From the IMG/VR virus record IMGVR_UViG_3300032223_001943, positions 32,001 to 96,000 of that record: a stretch of 64,000 bases of DNA; one strand, given 5' to 3'. This document shows positions 1-9,761 of this stretch, piece by piece; position 1 is the first letter of the stretch; the number at the start of each line of letters is the position of its first letter. A model generated the notes under the pieces. That model ran no database searches. It was given only the letters and a program-made list of their open reading frames with translations, and was not told the origin of the DNA. This DNA comes from a virus. The translations under genes were made by a program, and so were the position numbers.

Positions 1-1
1 T

Positions 2-130
2 ACTTTAGTTTGGGATTTTTTTTATGAAATCATGGATTATAATCAAAAAGAAATTGAAAAAATCTTAAGAATTTGGTTGGATGAAAATTATAATATAAAA
101 TATTCTTTACCTGTTAAAATGATCCAATAA
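2..130 (+). CDS. C-terminal fragment of a dispersed paralog-family protein (partial)
   Basis: Frame 2 reads TLVWDFFYEIMDYNQKEIEKILRIWLDENYNIKYSLPVKMIQ*, matching the W-x-FF...W-L-x-E-x-Y tail of ORFs 23157, 46054, 46502 and 52515. Confidence 0.65.
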   Translation, partial: TLVWDFFYEIMDYNQKEIEKILRIWLDENYNIKYSLPVKMIQ

Positions 131-160
131 AAAACCCCACCTTTTTATTGAGTGGGGTTT
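131..160. terminator. Bidirectional intrinsic terminator, AAAACCCC(A)...(T)GGGGTTT family
   Basis: Inverted repeat AAACCCCAC/GTGGGGTTT between convergent genes. Confidence 0.75.
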
Positions 161-164
161 ATTA

Positions 165-1229
165 TTATTTTATATATCTAAAATCTTGGTTGTTTTGAAT
201 TGATAATAGGGAATGGTATAATAATTTAATGACCGTCTTAACATCCTTTTTGTCCACAGTTTCAATTTGACTGTGCATGTACTTCAAAGGAAGTGAAATC
301 AATTGTGAAGCAACACCCCCATTTGTTTTATATATAGCTCCGGTATCTGTCCCTGAATTCCCATTATATGTTGCACGTTGAAATTTAATTTTATTTTGTT
401 TGGCAACTTCAAGTACTTGTTTATGTAAATTCAATTGGATATCCGCACCCCTAAATATAACTGGACCTTCGCCACATTTTGTATCACCAGCTGTTATTGG
501 ATCCATTAATGGTGTTGATGTATCATGACAAACATCGGTAACTAAAGCAACATTTGGTTTAATGGATGTTGCGATCATATGTGCACCAACCAACCCAATT
601 TCTTCTTGAACGGCATTTACGAAATATACACTAAAAGGTAGTTCAATATTATTTTCTTTTAACTTTTTAGCAACTTGTGCAATCATGTAACCACCAATTC
701 TATTATCTAACGCCCTGGAAATATAACGACCTTTACGTTCAACAAATTTGGTATTATAAACTAATGGAGCTCCAACGTAAATTCCCATTTCTTCGACCTC
801 TTCTTTTGATTTTGCTTCAATATCAATAAAAAGATTTTCAACTTTTGGTGTTAATTCGGCTTTACCACCTTTACGTTCATGAATTGCCAACCATCCAAAA
901 TGACCATCCACAATTCCTTTTTCACCTAAAATCTGAACTGAAGTCCCTGGTGCTATTTGGTGATCACTTCCCCCATTTCTAACAACCCTTAAGAATCCTT
1001 TACTATCAATGTGTGATACTGTCCATCCAATTTCATCTGAATGTGCTTCTAACATCACCTTATATTCTTTTCCCGGGTTTACAACACCAACCGCAGTACC
1101 ATATACATCTGTATAAACTTCATCAACATATGGTCTAATATAATCCAACCAGATTTGTTGTCCCTCAACTTCCATTCCAGTTGGGGATGTTGCGTTAAGG
1201 TATTTTTCTAAAAATTCTTTTTTCTTCAT
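165..1229 (-). CDS. M42 family aminopeptidase
   Basis: AHSDEIG, RALDNRIG, QEEIG, DVCHD, GTD and YMHS metal-ligand motifs; 354 aa. Confidence 0.9.
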   Translation of the reverse strand: MKKKEFLEKYLNATSPTGMEVEGQQIWLDYIRPYVDEVYTDVYGTAVGVVNPGKEYKVMLEAHSDEIGWTVSHIDSKGFLRVVRNGGSDHQIAPGTSVQILGEKGIVDGHFGWLAIHERKGGKAELTPKVENLFIDIEAKSKEEVEEMGIYVGAPLVYNTKFVERKGRYISRALDNRIGGYMIAQVAKKLKENNIELPFSVYFVNAVQEEIGLVGAHMIATSIKPNVALVTDVCHDTSTPLMDPITAGDTKCGEGPVIFRGADIQLNLHKQVLEVAKQNKIKFQRATYNGNSGTDTGAIYKTNGGVASQLISLPLKYMHSQIETVDKKDVKTVIKLLYHSLLSIQNNQDFRYIK

Positions 1230-1260
1230 TAATATTATTCTTTAATAGGTATATTCAATA

Positions 1261-1290
1261 AAAAACCCCCATGTTTTATGGGGGGTTTTT
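1261..1290. terminator. Intrinsic terminator hairpin
   Basis: AAAAACCCCCAT/ATGGGGGGTTTTT. Confidence 0.75.
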
Positions 1291-1562
1291 TATTTATTAT
1301 CTACGTAGTTTTTTAATTGATCGTATCGTTTATCGATTATACGATGAATATCGTTTACATGATCTATTAGATTTCTATTGATATCTTGAGAATCATTTGC
1401 AAAATCACGATATAAATTATCAAACCTACGATTAAAAATTTCCGATTCCGCACGAGAATCATTTTTGAGTCCATTTAACTTAACCATCCCAATAATAACT
1501 GTAACTACTAAAGTAATAACAACTACCAAAAGAATACCCAAACTAAAATATAATCCTTCCAT
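1290..1562 (-). CDS. Small membrane-anchored hypothetical protein
   Basis: N-terminal hydrophobic helix followed by a coiled-coil-like region. Confidence 0.6.
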   Translation of the reverse strand: MEGLYFSLGILLVVVITLVVTVIIGMVKLNGLKNDSRAESEIFNRRFDNLYRDFANDSQDINRNLIDHVNDIHRIIDKRYDQLKNYVDNK

Positions 1563-1584
1563 ATCCTTAATTTGTTAATAAATT

Positions 1585-1746
1585 TTATGCTATTTCTTGG
1601 TTGTTTTTCTCAACATAAACATTATCCGTACCATAATAATGTGCCCTAACTTCAGCTAACTCAACGTTTGAAGTGTACAATTTGTGACCTTTTTGTGTTT
1701 TGTAGAAAAATATTAAATTTTCAACTACTTGTGTTTGTTCTTCCAT
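1585..1746 (-). CDS. Small hypothetical protein (53 aa, absent from ORF track)
   Basis: MEEQTQVVENLIFFYKTQKGHKLYTSNVELAEVRAHYYGTDNVYVEKNNQEIA*; fills the intergenic gap in operon orientation. Confidence 0.55.
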   Translation of the reverse strand: MEEQTQVVENLIFFYKTQKGHKLYTSNVELAEVRAHYYGTDNVYVEKNNQEIA

Positions 1747-1807
1747 ATTATTTAATTTTAATTTTTATAATTAAATCTTAAACAATTCATATTGGATAGT
1801 CAAGTTA

Positions 1808-2947
1808 TCACTTCAATAATCTTTTAATTTTTTCAACTTCTTCATTTATATTTTTAGAATATATATTTTTTATTCCAGGAATATCCCCCTTATCATATAT
1901 ATTCTTTATTGAAGTGTCATCATTTTTTTTATATACATTTTTAATCGGAGGGATGTCACCTTTATCGTATATATTCTTAATTGTTGAATCATTTTTAGTT
2001 GGTGTTTTTTGTTTTTCTTCTTTTTTAAACCATCTTCTTAAGTCCCCACCATCTACTTCAATAACAATTTTTTTAGTTGCTGTATAACCAATAATTTCAC
2101 CACGTCCTAAAGTTGACCCTTCACTAACTTTTATATTTGTTAAGTTTTTTATGGTTATATTAAATTGTTCATATTTCTGAGTGATTGTTAATACAATACT
2201 ATCTTGTTTTTTTTCAATAACTTCAGCATTATATGGTGAAACAACTTTTGAATTGGGTTCAACCCTTAACCCAACAATTTGTTTTGATAATGAAGTTATT
2301 TCAGTATATGATACTGGTTTTGTAAATTCATCGTATCTGATTGATTCGGTTAGAACTCTTGATAATCTTCGAAATCTATTAACTTCTTCGTTTATCCCCA
2401 TCGTATTTAATCCTTTTTTTAATGGTGATAATAAAGTATTCCAGGTAATATCCCCACTTTTAGTATCAGTTGTGGATGTACTTGCCCCCGTTGATGTTGA
2501 CACACCACCCCCACTTTTTCTAGAAATATGAATATGGTTATCGTGTCCTGGGGAACCAAAAGTTAAAACCGCTTTATCATTACCGGATTCTTGATTTTGA
2601 ATGTAACCCATATTAACAAGTTCATTTACGAATTTCATAATTCCATCGTAAATACCCAACGATCTTGCTTGTTGTTCACCACCAGAAAAACCTTTACCAT
2701 TAACCATCGCAATATCCACAGCGTTCCCTTGTTCGTGTCTTGAACCTTTATCATGACCACTAACAGCGGTAGTTATGGTAACCTTAATACCTGCTTGTGT
2801 TGCCGCTTTATCAACATCCGCCAATAGGGATGGGTTAATAAGATCTTTTGTTGGTGTTGAACTACCAACAACTTTATCCTTAAAATCGGTGTTTTTATAT
2901 AAAGACGGGTTAACCGCTTGAACATCTTCGTTGAAATTTTTCTTCAT
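1808..2947 (-). CDS. Putative peptidoglycan hydrolase: M15-like Zn peptidase, degenerate M23-like domain, C-terminal repeats
   Basis: SRHEQGNAVDI and HDNHIHIS (LAS-type motifs); V-x-x-G-x-x-L-x-x-GEIIGYT resembles M23 without its His ligands. Confidence 0.6.
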   Translation of the reverse strand: MKKNFNEDVQAVNPSLYKNTDFKDKVVGSSTPTKDLINPSLLADVDKAATQAGIKVTITTAVSGHDKGSRHEQGNAVDIAMVNGKGFSGGEQQARSLGIYDGIMKFVNELVNMGYIQNQESGNDKAVLTFGSPGHDNHIHISRKSGGGVSTSTGASTSTTDTKSGDITWNTLLSPLKKGLNTMGINEEVNRFRRLSRVLTESIRYDEFTKPVSYTEITSLSKQIVGLRVEPNSKVVSPYNAEVIEKKQDSIVLTITQKYEQFNITIKNLTNIKVSEGSTLGRGEIIGYTATKKIVIEVDGGDLRRWFKKEEKQKTPTKNDSTIKNIYDKGDIPPIKNVYKKNDDTSIKNIYDKGDIPGIKNIYSKNINEEVEKIKRLLK

Positions 2948-3002
2948 ACAAATAAATATCTTTATAATATAAAAAACCCACCTTTATAAGATGGGTTTAA
3001 TT

Positions 3003-3377
3003 TTATATTTCCGAATCATCAATCCGTTTAACCATTTCGGATTTGGTATAAACTTCTTCACCGGTATCGAATTTCAATAATAAATCTAAGGTTATTTCCG
3101 TATCCAATAATTCCTCCAAATACCTATGATTGCAGTCGGTATCAATCACAATTGCTGTTTGTTTGAATAAAGGATCGATTCCGGTATAATGGACTCCGGT
3201 ATTTTTTTCAACATTATACGACCCATCCCACACCAAAACACGATCCCCGATTTCTTTAACTCGGTCATCCTTATGTTGTCGTATATATTCCTGAACTTCA
3301 TCAATAAATTTTAATACTTCCGAAATGTTAATTTTATCTTTTTCTTCGTCCATGACTTTTATTTTTCTAATAAACAA
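3003..3377 (-). CDS. Hypothetical protein
   Basis: ORF in operon orientation; terminator at ~2971-3000. Confidence 0.6.
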   Translation of the reverse strand: MFIRKIKVMDEEKDKINISEVLKFIDEVQEYIRQHKDDRVKEIGDRVLVWDGSYNVEKNTGVHYTGIDPLFKQTAIVIDTDCNHRYLEELLDTEITLDLLLKFDTGEEVYTKSEMVKRIDDSEI

Positions 3378-3553
3378 CTAAATTCATTGAGAATATTATC
3401 ATCAATATCTTTTACAATAACTGTTAAGTTATTTCCATCTGTTTTGAAATGGATTGAACCATTCCCTAGATCAACCGATCCGTCTTTTGGACCGATTGTT
3501 GTTTTTGTGTTATTTTTAATATCCCAATAATTCATAATCCAAATATATATAAT

Positions 3554-4396
3554 TTATCTTATTCCACCAAATATATGTGCGATAACATCAACTGTCCAAC
3601 CATCACCTAATACACACGCCGCATCATTTCTTGACACCATTGATGTATAATCCATTGGCATAGTTTGTGCTCGTTCCATTTCTCGGTGTGTCATATATCT
3701 AACATCACCTTCTTCGGCCAATCCATAATCTTCTTTTAATTTATTATATGTTTCTTCATCCCTAAAAATAACTTGCCAAAACCCATATAAAAAATATCTT
3801 CTAGCGATTTTAACTGGGTTCTTTAAAGGTCTAGAATACGATTCTAATAAACATAAACCTTTTTCTCGATCAACATAACCATTATCAATAATATCACCCA
3901 ACTTAACACCTTTATCTTTTGGTAAACCATCGAATGGAATATTCGTCCAATAAAAACGATCACGCATCGCACCGCTAACTAATGAACTATTTATCCTAAC
4001 TGGTTGTACCCCCAATTCTTCACTAATCAAGTCTTGCCATTCTTTTTTCATTCTAACATTTTCCAACAAGAAATAGGTTGGTTTAACTTCTCGTAAAACT
4101 CTAATGTACTCCCAAAATAATCCGGATTTTTCACCATCAACACCTTTTTGTACTTTATTCGCCCTACTGAAATCTTGACAAGGTGAACCACCAAATAATA
4201 AATCTATTTTTGGTAAATCATCACCCTTCAATTCTTTTATATCACCCAACTGAATCGTATTTGGATAATTATGTTGTGTGATGTTAATGGCGTGTGGTTT
4301 TATTTCCGACGCATAATATTTATCGTACTCTACGCCAGCACGATTGAGGGCAACTTGACCACAAGAAATACCATCAAAAAGACTTAATACATTCAT
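3554..4396 (-). CDS. dcm: DNA cytosine-C5 methyltransferase
   Basis: VLSLFDG (motif I), GGSPCQ (motif IV), LENV (VI), R-x-R-x-YW (VIII). Confidence 0.92.
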   Translation of the reverse strand: MNVLSLFDGISCGQVALNRAGVEYDKYYASEIKPHAINITQHNYPNTIQLGDIKELKGDDLPKIDLLFGGSPCQDFSRANKVQKGVDGEKSGLFWEYIRVLREVKPTYFLLENVRMKKEWQDLISEELGVQPVRINSSLVSGAMRDRFYWTNIPFDGLPKDKGVKLGDIIDNGYVDREKGLCLLESYSRPLKNPVKIARRYFLYGFWQVIFRDEETYNKLKEDYGLAEEGDVRYMTHREMERAQTMPMDYTSMVSRNDAACVLGDGWTVDVIAHIFGGIR

Positions 4397-4413
4397 TGTA
4401 AAAATATAAGATA

Positions 4414-5361
4414 TTACTTAAAGTTATCAATAATGATTTTAACAATTTCACCCCCAATTCTACCTTGAGCTTCATTTGTCGCGGCACCGATATGGGGTGT
4501 TGAAATTATTTTGGGGTGGGATAATAAATCCTTATTTGGATTTGGTTCATTTTCAAAAACATCTAATCCTGCTGAAAATACTTTATCGTTATCCAAATTT
4601 TTGATTAATTCTTCTTCATCAATAACTCCACCCCTTGAAGTGTTAATTAATATAACGTCATCCTTCATTAATTCGAATTCAGATTTACCAATAACCGGTT
4701 TATTTCCTTCTTGTTTTGGTACATGTACCGAAATATAATCACAAATTGGTAGTATTTCATTAATATCAGTTTTAACGTCAATATAAGTCGTTAATTTATG
4801 TTTATCACTTGATATGGACACACCAACCGTTTTTTCTTCAATATCAATTGCAACAACATCCATTCCAACACCAATTGCGTATGACGCTAAAGTTTGACCA
4901 ATTCTTCCAAAACCAATTATTCCCAATGTTTTACCCCTCAATTCAATCCCTGAACCATATTCTTTTTTAAGTTTATTAAAATCACCAGATTCAATATTTC
5001 TAGATGAACTACCAATAAACCTTGAAGTACTAAACATTAATCCAATAACAAGTTCCGCAACGGATTGGGAAGATGACGCTGGTGTGTTAAATACAAATAT
5101 CCCCTTTTCCCTTGCGTAGTTAACATCAATATTATCCATACCAACACCACCCCTTCCGATGAATTTAATCCCTGGACAATTGTCAATAATATCTTGTCTA
5201 ATTTTTGTGGCACTTCTAACTAAAATACCTTCATAATTTTCTTTATTGATAACCTCAATTAAATCTTCTTGATTTACTTTTTCGGTGATAACAATAAAAC
5301 CTTCTTTTTCTAATTCTAGTTTTGATTCACTAGAAATTCCGTCATTTGCTAATATTTTCAT
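4414..5361 (-). CDS. serA: D-3-phosphoglycerate / D-2-hydroxyacid dehydrogenase
   Basis: GVGMDNID, GIIGFGRIG, INTSRGG, LDVFENEP, TPHIGAAT. Confidence 0.85.
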   Translation of the reverse strand: MKILANDGISSESKLELEKEGFIVITEKVNQEDLIEVINKENYEGILVRSATKIRQDIIDNCPGIKFIGRGGVGMDNIDVNYAREKGIFVFNTPASSSQSVAELVIGLMFSTSRFIGSSSRNIESGDFNKLKKEYGSGIELRGKTLGIIGFGRIGQTLASYAIGVGMDVVAIDIEEKTVGVSISSDKHKLTTYIDVKTDINEILPICDYISVHVPKQEGNKPVIGKSEFELMKDDVILINTSRGGVIDEEELIKNLDNDKVFSAGLDVFENEPNPNKDLLSHPKIISTPHIGAATNEAQGRIGGEIVKIIIDNFK

Positions 5362-5779
5362 TTAATACTTTTTTTAATTCATTATATGCTTTATGATATT
5401 TTTGTAAACGTTCAAAATCTTTTGATGTTAATTCTTTTAATCTGGTGATGTTCATATTATCTTCCAGATCCGATATTTTAACTACCAACGATAATGAATT
5501 GTTTTTAACTCGGTTTAGATAATCACTATATTTTTCCCCCTTTATTTTGGTTAAACAAACCACCGCGTCAACAATATTCGTTGGAAATTCTAACCTTAAA
5601 TCATCTTCCGTCCATTCTTCACAATCCTCCAATAAATCATGGAGTAAACCAACAACTATTTCATCTGTCTTTTCTAATTTACCACTAACCCTAATTAAGT
5701 GGTGAAGATAAGGATGACCACCCTTATCCACTTTATCGTGAAACGCTTGTTCAACTATTTTAATCGCCTTATCAATCAT
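5342..5779 (-). CDS. HD-domain small alarmone hydrolase (RelA/SpoT HD, Mesh1-like)
   Basis: DKGGHPYLHH, LLHDLLED, VKISDLEDN motifs. Confidence 0.82.
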   Translation of the reverse strand: MIDKAIKIVEQAFHDKVDKGGHPYLHHLIRVSGKLEKTDEIVVGLLHDLLEDCEEWTEDDLRLEFPTNIVDAVVCLTKIKGEKYSDYLNRVKNNSLSLVVKISDLEDNMNITRLKELTSKDFERLQKYHKAYNELKKVLNENISK

Positions 5780-5782
5780 AAT

Positions 5783-6238
5783 TTATACTGTATGTTCGAT
5801 TTGTATTCTAACACAAGTTTGTTTTTGACCTTCGTTCTTTAAGAAATTGTTAATATAACCACAGATATTACCCGAGCCGACTGGATTATGTGAGTGAACA
5901 ACAACTTCAGGAAATTTAATTGGTGTTTGTTTTTTTTCCGAACGAGTCATTTCAATTCTATCTGGGTTTTTATTATAGAATTCATCTACCAACCATTTAG
6001 CAACATCATACCCAGTTTTTTCCTCAATGTTATTATAATCTATAGTATAGTTTTTAATAGTGTTACTAAAGTATTCCTTCATAGCAGTATCACCCAAATC
6101 ATGATCCAACGATATTAAAGAAATGTTTTCAATACCTAACTTTTGAACTAGGTTAACACACTCGTGGAAATTTCTAACCACCAACCAATCTTTTTCAACT
6201 GGTGTACGTAGGTCATCTAAATAAATTTTCGATTTCAT
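5783..6238 (-). CDS. Cyclic-phosphate-processing receiver-like domain protein
   Basis: IYLDDLR, ISLDHDLG, TGYD and VHSHNPVG signature. Confidence 0.78.
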   Translation of the reverse strand: MKSKIYLDDLRTPVEKDWLVVRNFHECVNLVQKLGIENISLISLDHDLGDTAMKEYFSNTIKNYTIDYNNIEEKTGYDVAKWLVDEFYNKNPDRIEMTRSEKKQTPIKFPEVVVHSHNPVGSGNICGYINNFLKNEGQKQTCVRIQIEHTV

Positions 6239-6335
6239 AATTTTCGTTTTATACGAACAAATGTAGTAAAAATAATTAAATAAAAAAATCCGAACTATTA
6301 ATTCGGATTTAATTGTACGTAATGATACGTACTTG

Positions 6336-6422
6336 AGGAAAAGGAGGGATTTGAACCCCCGGAACCCTTTCAGGTTCGCGGCTTTTCAAGAGCCGTGCAA
6401 TCAACCACTCTGCCACTTTTCC
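6336..6422 (-). tRNA. tRNA-Ser(TGA)
   Basis: Reverse complement GGAAAAG...; anticodon arm CGGCT-CTTGAAA-AGCCG; long variable arm; T loop TTCAAAT; acceptor GGAAAAG/CTTTTCC. Confidence 0.92.
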
Positions 6423-6452
6423 TTAATATTATAACATTAAATATAACAATTT

Positions 6453-6998
6453 TTATTTTTTTATCAATACATATAAATTATTTGTACCATATTCGGTGGG
6501 GGAATTAACATTAATCTTAATCATTTCATCATTCAATTTCCCTGACTTAAACATCTTCCTAGATAATACCAAACATCCTTTTGGGATTTTAGCATATATC
6601 ATTTCATCAATATTCGTTGGAAATAGTGTGTTGTCGGTATATATTACGGTGGCATCACTTATATCAACATTTACGAAATTATCATTAATGAATTCAATGT
6701 TATTACCAGGACTAATACCAACCGAATAATTATATCGTTCAACACTATATTCAATACCACAAGATTTTTTAAGATTACATCTTAAACCAATATGAATAAC
6801 TAGTTTACCTAAACCTGAACCTAGATCATAAAATACTGTGTTTTCATTAAAATAATCCTTGAAGGTTTTAATTATTTCTTCAACGGAGTCATATCCAATT
6901 TCACCATAACCTTCAGCCCCTACAACAGCTCGGTTAAACTCGGTTTTATTATAAACTTGTTTATTATTATTCCGATATAGTAGTTGAATTTCGTTCAT
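6453..6998 (-). CDS. Class I SAM methyltransferase, DOT1-like
   Basis: YGE...FYDLGSGLGK...GIE...DATVIY pattern typical of DOT1-family domains. Confidence 0.7.
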   Translation of the reverse strand: MNEIQLLYRNNNKQVYNKTEFNRAVVGAEGYGEIGYDSVEEIIKTFKDYFNENTVFYDLGSGLGKLVIHIGLRCNLKKSCGIEYSVERYNYSVGISPGNNIEFINDNFVNVDISDATVIYTDNTLFPTNIDEMIYAKIPKGCLVLSRKMFKSGKLNDEMIKINVNSPTEYGTNNLYVLIKK

Positions 6999-7742
6999 TT
7001 TTGATTCTACTAATTAATTGTTTAATTATTTTTAATCTAATCTTAAATAAAATTGGATTCATTTTAAGATTTTCTCGACTGGAAGGACATGTACCTTTTA
7101 TTATTTGCTTATTTTTCATTTCTTAAATTGGTTAGATAAAAAACCCCCATCTTATTCAAACGGGGGAATTTAAAAAAAATATTACGACGGTTTAACGAGA
7201 CTTTATTGAACCAAATATATTTATTTGGTTAAAATCAATTCATTACAATTATAAATATACATAAAATAACTTAAAGTCATTTTTTTAATGAAATATAACT
7301 ATCAAACTCGTACAGATATTGTAAATATTCTGGTGAATTGATAAATTCTTCATGTAGTTGTTGATGAATATCGCCCATAACTATATTTTTTTAACTGAAT
7401 AAATATGTCCAGAATCTGAATTGGTTTCAAACGCATCTTTAATACCCATTGCAGATTCAAAATCATTAAATTCCCAGATTTCAGATTGGGAGTTCAATAA
7501 AATCACCGGTAATACTTTACCATTTTTCTTCTTAACATTTTTCACTATTACAAACATAACCTTTAATTTTTTCTACAAATATAACTATTTTTTTCTAATA
7601 TCCTAACTTGTTTTTAGATAAATAAAAATTTATATTTTTTAATATCAAGATAAACATGGACAACGTTTTAGTATTTAATCCTGAAGTGTATCGGATTTTT
7701 GAAGAATTCAAAAAAGAAATATATTTATAGTTAAAATAGAAT

Positions 7743-8132
7743 ATGGCTAAGATTGTTAAATTAACAGAATCCGATATAAAAAGATTGGTTAATAAAGTTA
7801 TAGAAGAAAAAGAAATTGAAGAAGGTATTTTTGATCCAATTAAGGATGTTTATCACGGGGTTAGAGGTTTAGTTCGTGGGCAAGGATATAATTATTCCAA
7901 ATATACCAGTTCACTACAAAATTTGGTGAAGGATCTTCAACGTCTGGATAAACCAAATCATAAAATAATGGAAGAATTGAGCAAACTACGAACTAAAGTA
8001 GATGGTAGTAATATGCCGATGGAACGTAAAAATGAATTGTTACGTAATATCGATGGGGCTATTCGTTATTTCAAAGTTTATGCGGATTTTATAAAACGAA
8101 TTGATGATTTAACTACAAATACATTGAAATAA
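7743..8132 (+). CDS. Hypothetical protein with KLTESDIKRLV leader (probable virion protein)
   Basis: Shared N-terminal motif; TATTTAT upstream. Confidence 0.65.
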   Translation: MAKIVKLTESDIKRLVNKVIEEKEIEEGIFDPIKDVYHGVRGLVRGQGYNYSKYTSSLQNLVKDLQRLDKPNHKIMEELSKLRTKVDGSNMPMERKNELLRNIDGAIRYFKVYADFIKRIDDLTTNTLK

Positions 8133-8160
8133 AAAAAGGGGTTGTTTAACCCCTTTTTTT
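8131..8160. terminator. Bidirectional terminator
   Basis: AAAAAAAGGGGTT/AACCCCTTTTTTT between convergent genes. Confidence 0.8.
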
Positions 8161-8165
8161 ATTTA

Positions 8166-9761
8166 TTAACTTAATGCTTTTTGTTTTATTGTGTCTAATT
8201 GTTTATCCATATTAAGACCAACTTTACTTAATGCTGGACAAATTAAAGAATTTATTTTTTCTTCAATATCGTGAATAAATTCCGTTTTAGTGAATGTTTC
8301 GGCCATTGTATTTCTAATAATATCAGCAAATGGTCCTGAAGCTTGTTTTTCAATCATGAATTTCCTAACAATACCTTCAGATACCGATTTAGCAATGAAA
8401 TCTGTTAAAAATTGACAATTTGTTAATTTACCTAAATCGGTATATGGTATATTACCTAAAGCGGTGATAACTATATTCCCAATAAATGTATCATTTTTAA
8501 GTCCGAATTTACTCAATAACCATTCAGCGAATTGTTCCTTAAAATAACTTAAAATACCCTCACCTGAACTACCGAACATACCTCTAATGAAATCGAATAA
8601 TCCTTCGTTGATAACTTCTGAATCAATTCCTTGTTGGTGTAGAATTGCTGTTTCAACGATAAGATCATTTACGAATTTAGTGATTTCTTTTTTTGTTTTA
8701 GGAGTTTCACCCTCAACTAGTAAATTAAATCTATTTTTAACTATTGTATTTTCAGTAATAACCTCTTTTTTCTTTTGAATTAAATTTTCTTTAATCACTT
8801 TACTCAATTTTTTATTTTCATTCATTGATTGTAAATTTTTAAGAAATTCACCTAAACCATATTTAGAATAATCTTGAAGTAAACTATCTAATTTTTCTTT
8901 AGTGTTACCACCAAACAACCCTAAATCAACTTTATGTTTTTGACACGCCCAAACCTGTCTTTTCAAGGTCATAAGATCTTTATCGTCGATATCCGATTGT
9001 TTATCAAGATAACTATATAAGGTTTCGATAGTTGTTTTACAAGCGTTTTTATCTTGTTCAGCTAGTTTTTGTGTTGGGTAAATGTATATAGGTTCACCAG
9101 TACCACCCAATTGTTTATAGAAGTTTTTATATTTACCCCCCATTATTTTGGTAATATCTACTCGTTCATCATATAATGAAGATGTTATCGCAGGTGTTGT
9201 TAAACTATAATCTATACTAGTTAACATTTGTTCAATTTCAGGTTGTTGCTCAATTTTAGTATTAATTGATGAAATTCTTTTATAGATGAATCGTTCCCCT
9301 GGTTTGAATAGTTTAGAATCTAAAGTCGATAAATCAACTTTATCATATTTACGACCAATTTCGTATGGTTCATCAACTGTTTTAACATATTCTTTATTAT
9401 TCTTAATAAGACCATCAATAAACTTATCTTGAGTATTACTTGTTGATGGTGATGTTTGACAAGACCAGAATTTTGAATTTCCATTAACTTGGTTCTTATA
9501 AACGCCATTAGTTTGTCCCGGTTCTGGTGCGTAAAACCAAACAATTTCACCTTTACTATTTTTACCAGTAATAACAAATTTACCTAACGATGTTTTTTTT
9601 GGTTGTTTACCACCATCAATAGTAAACCAAGTGTATTTTTCGTTTGAAAAACAACCATTATTAAATGATTGTTCCATATAACTTCTAGCGTCAAAATTTT
9701 GACTTTGTTCTTGTATATTCTTTTTCATAATTTTATACTTCATCTGTTGATGGTTCGTCAT
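8166..9761 (-). CDS. Large hypothetical protein (probable virion protein)
   Basis: 531 aa with repeated I/L-x-E sites (IQE, IKE, ITE, INE). Confidence 0.7.
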   Translation of the reverse strand: MTNHQQMKYKIMKKNIQEQSQNFDARSYMEQSFNNGCFSNEKYTWFTIDGGKQPKKTSLGKFVITGKNSKGEIVWFYAPEPGQTNGVYKNQVNGNSKFWSCQTSPSTSNTQDKFIDGLIKNNKEYVKTVDEPYEIGRKYDKVDLSTLDSKLFKPGERFIYKRISSINTKIEQQPEIEQMLTSIDYSLTTPAITSSLYDERVDITKIMGGKYKNFYKQLGGTGEPIYIYPTQKLAEQDKNACKTTIETLYSYLDKQSDIDDKDLMTLKRQVWACQKHKVDLGLFGGNTKEKLDSLLQDYSKYGLGEFLKNLQSMNENKKLSKVIKENLIQKKKEVITENTIVKNRFNLLVEGETPKTKKEITKFVNDLIVETAILHQQGIDSEVINEGLFDFIRGMFGSSGEGILSYFKEQFAEWLLSKFGLKNDTFIGNIVITALGNIPYTDLGKLTNCQFLTDFIAKSVSEGIVRKFMIEKQASGPFADIIRNTMAETFTKTEFIHDIEEKINSLICPALSKVGLNMDKQLDTIKQKALS

